Below are positions 63,734-64,000 of a stretch of DNA of 64,000 bases, piece after piece. Each line of letters begins with the position of its first letter. Position 1 is the stretch's first letter. The stretch is from positions 34,040,001 through 34,104,000 of the forward strand of contig NC_045696.1 of the NCBI RefSeq assembly GCF_009834535.1, written 5' to 3'. Origin of the DNA: Camelus ferus. Its lineage: Eukaryota. The notes beneath the pieces are model-generated. The model was not told where the DNA came from and did no database searches. It saw only the letters and a program-made list of their open reading frames with translations. A program made the translations under genes and the position numbers.

Positions 63734-64000
63734 CTAGGGATTTGTGCTGATTAGTAGTGAGTATTGCAAAAAAGGAGGTGAAGCACAATTACAGAATCAT
63801 GCCTAAAATGTTTAGTTTTCAAAATTTTAATCCCTTAATTATTTCAAACCTAGAGAAAATATAAACTTATGAAAAATACCGATGTGTCTTCTGGCCCCCC
63901 ACTATCTAAGAGATGTTCTCTCTTGTTTGTTTTTTATTTATGTTGTTTAAAAACTAAAAACACTAAAGAAACAGCCATGCTCCATGAATCCATCCTTCAG

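Noticed and set aside
1..64000. CRISPR arrays, operons, rRNA/tRNA genes or other prokaryote-type systems
   Set aside because: The sequence is mammalian intronic and intergenic DNA with no regularly spaced repeat-spacer arrays or long ORFs; the only tRNA-like sequence is a SINE head

Overview
AT-rich, CpG-poor mammalian genomic DNA, most likely camelid, judged from a Vic-1-type tRNA-derived SINE and artiodactyl-type L1 3' ends. Splice-signal reading suggests two convergent (tail-to-tail) multi-exon protein-coding genes that the ORF track does not show. (1) A + strand gene whose last five small exons (559-590, 4199-4263, 6432-6472, 8780-8839, 16423-16480) splice in phase into one open frame ending ...NKNVLHSAINLASNSVLNRWLPPI*. 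(2) A - strand gene whose last two or three exons (63669-63733?, 62355-62474, 58570-58734) give ...VVLDVIFVNSIQRYLTHFLFAANLLWAEGTDSKSYYGCTR|ALHWKHF...RENRDCGNTY*. I cannot name either gene. The introns and the ~42 kb intergenic interval are full of transposon fossils: L1, L2, MIR, MaLR/ERVL LTRs, an ERVL internal segment and Tigger/MER DNA transposons. There is also a tailless U2 snRNA retro-fragment with target-site duplication (TSD), nested insertions and microsatellites. Nearly all listed ORFs are TE remnants or chance frames. I see no prokaryote-type or clearly novel multi-gene system. Repeat family names come from recalled consensus sequences, and repeat boundaries are approximate unless a TSD is given.
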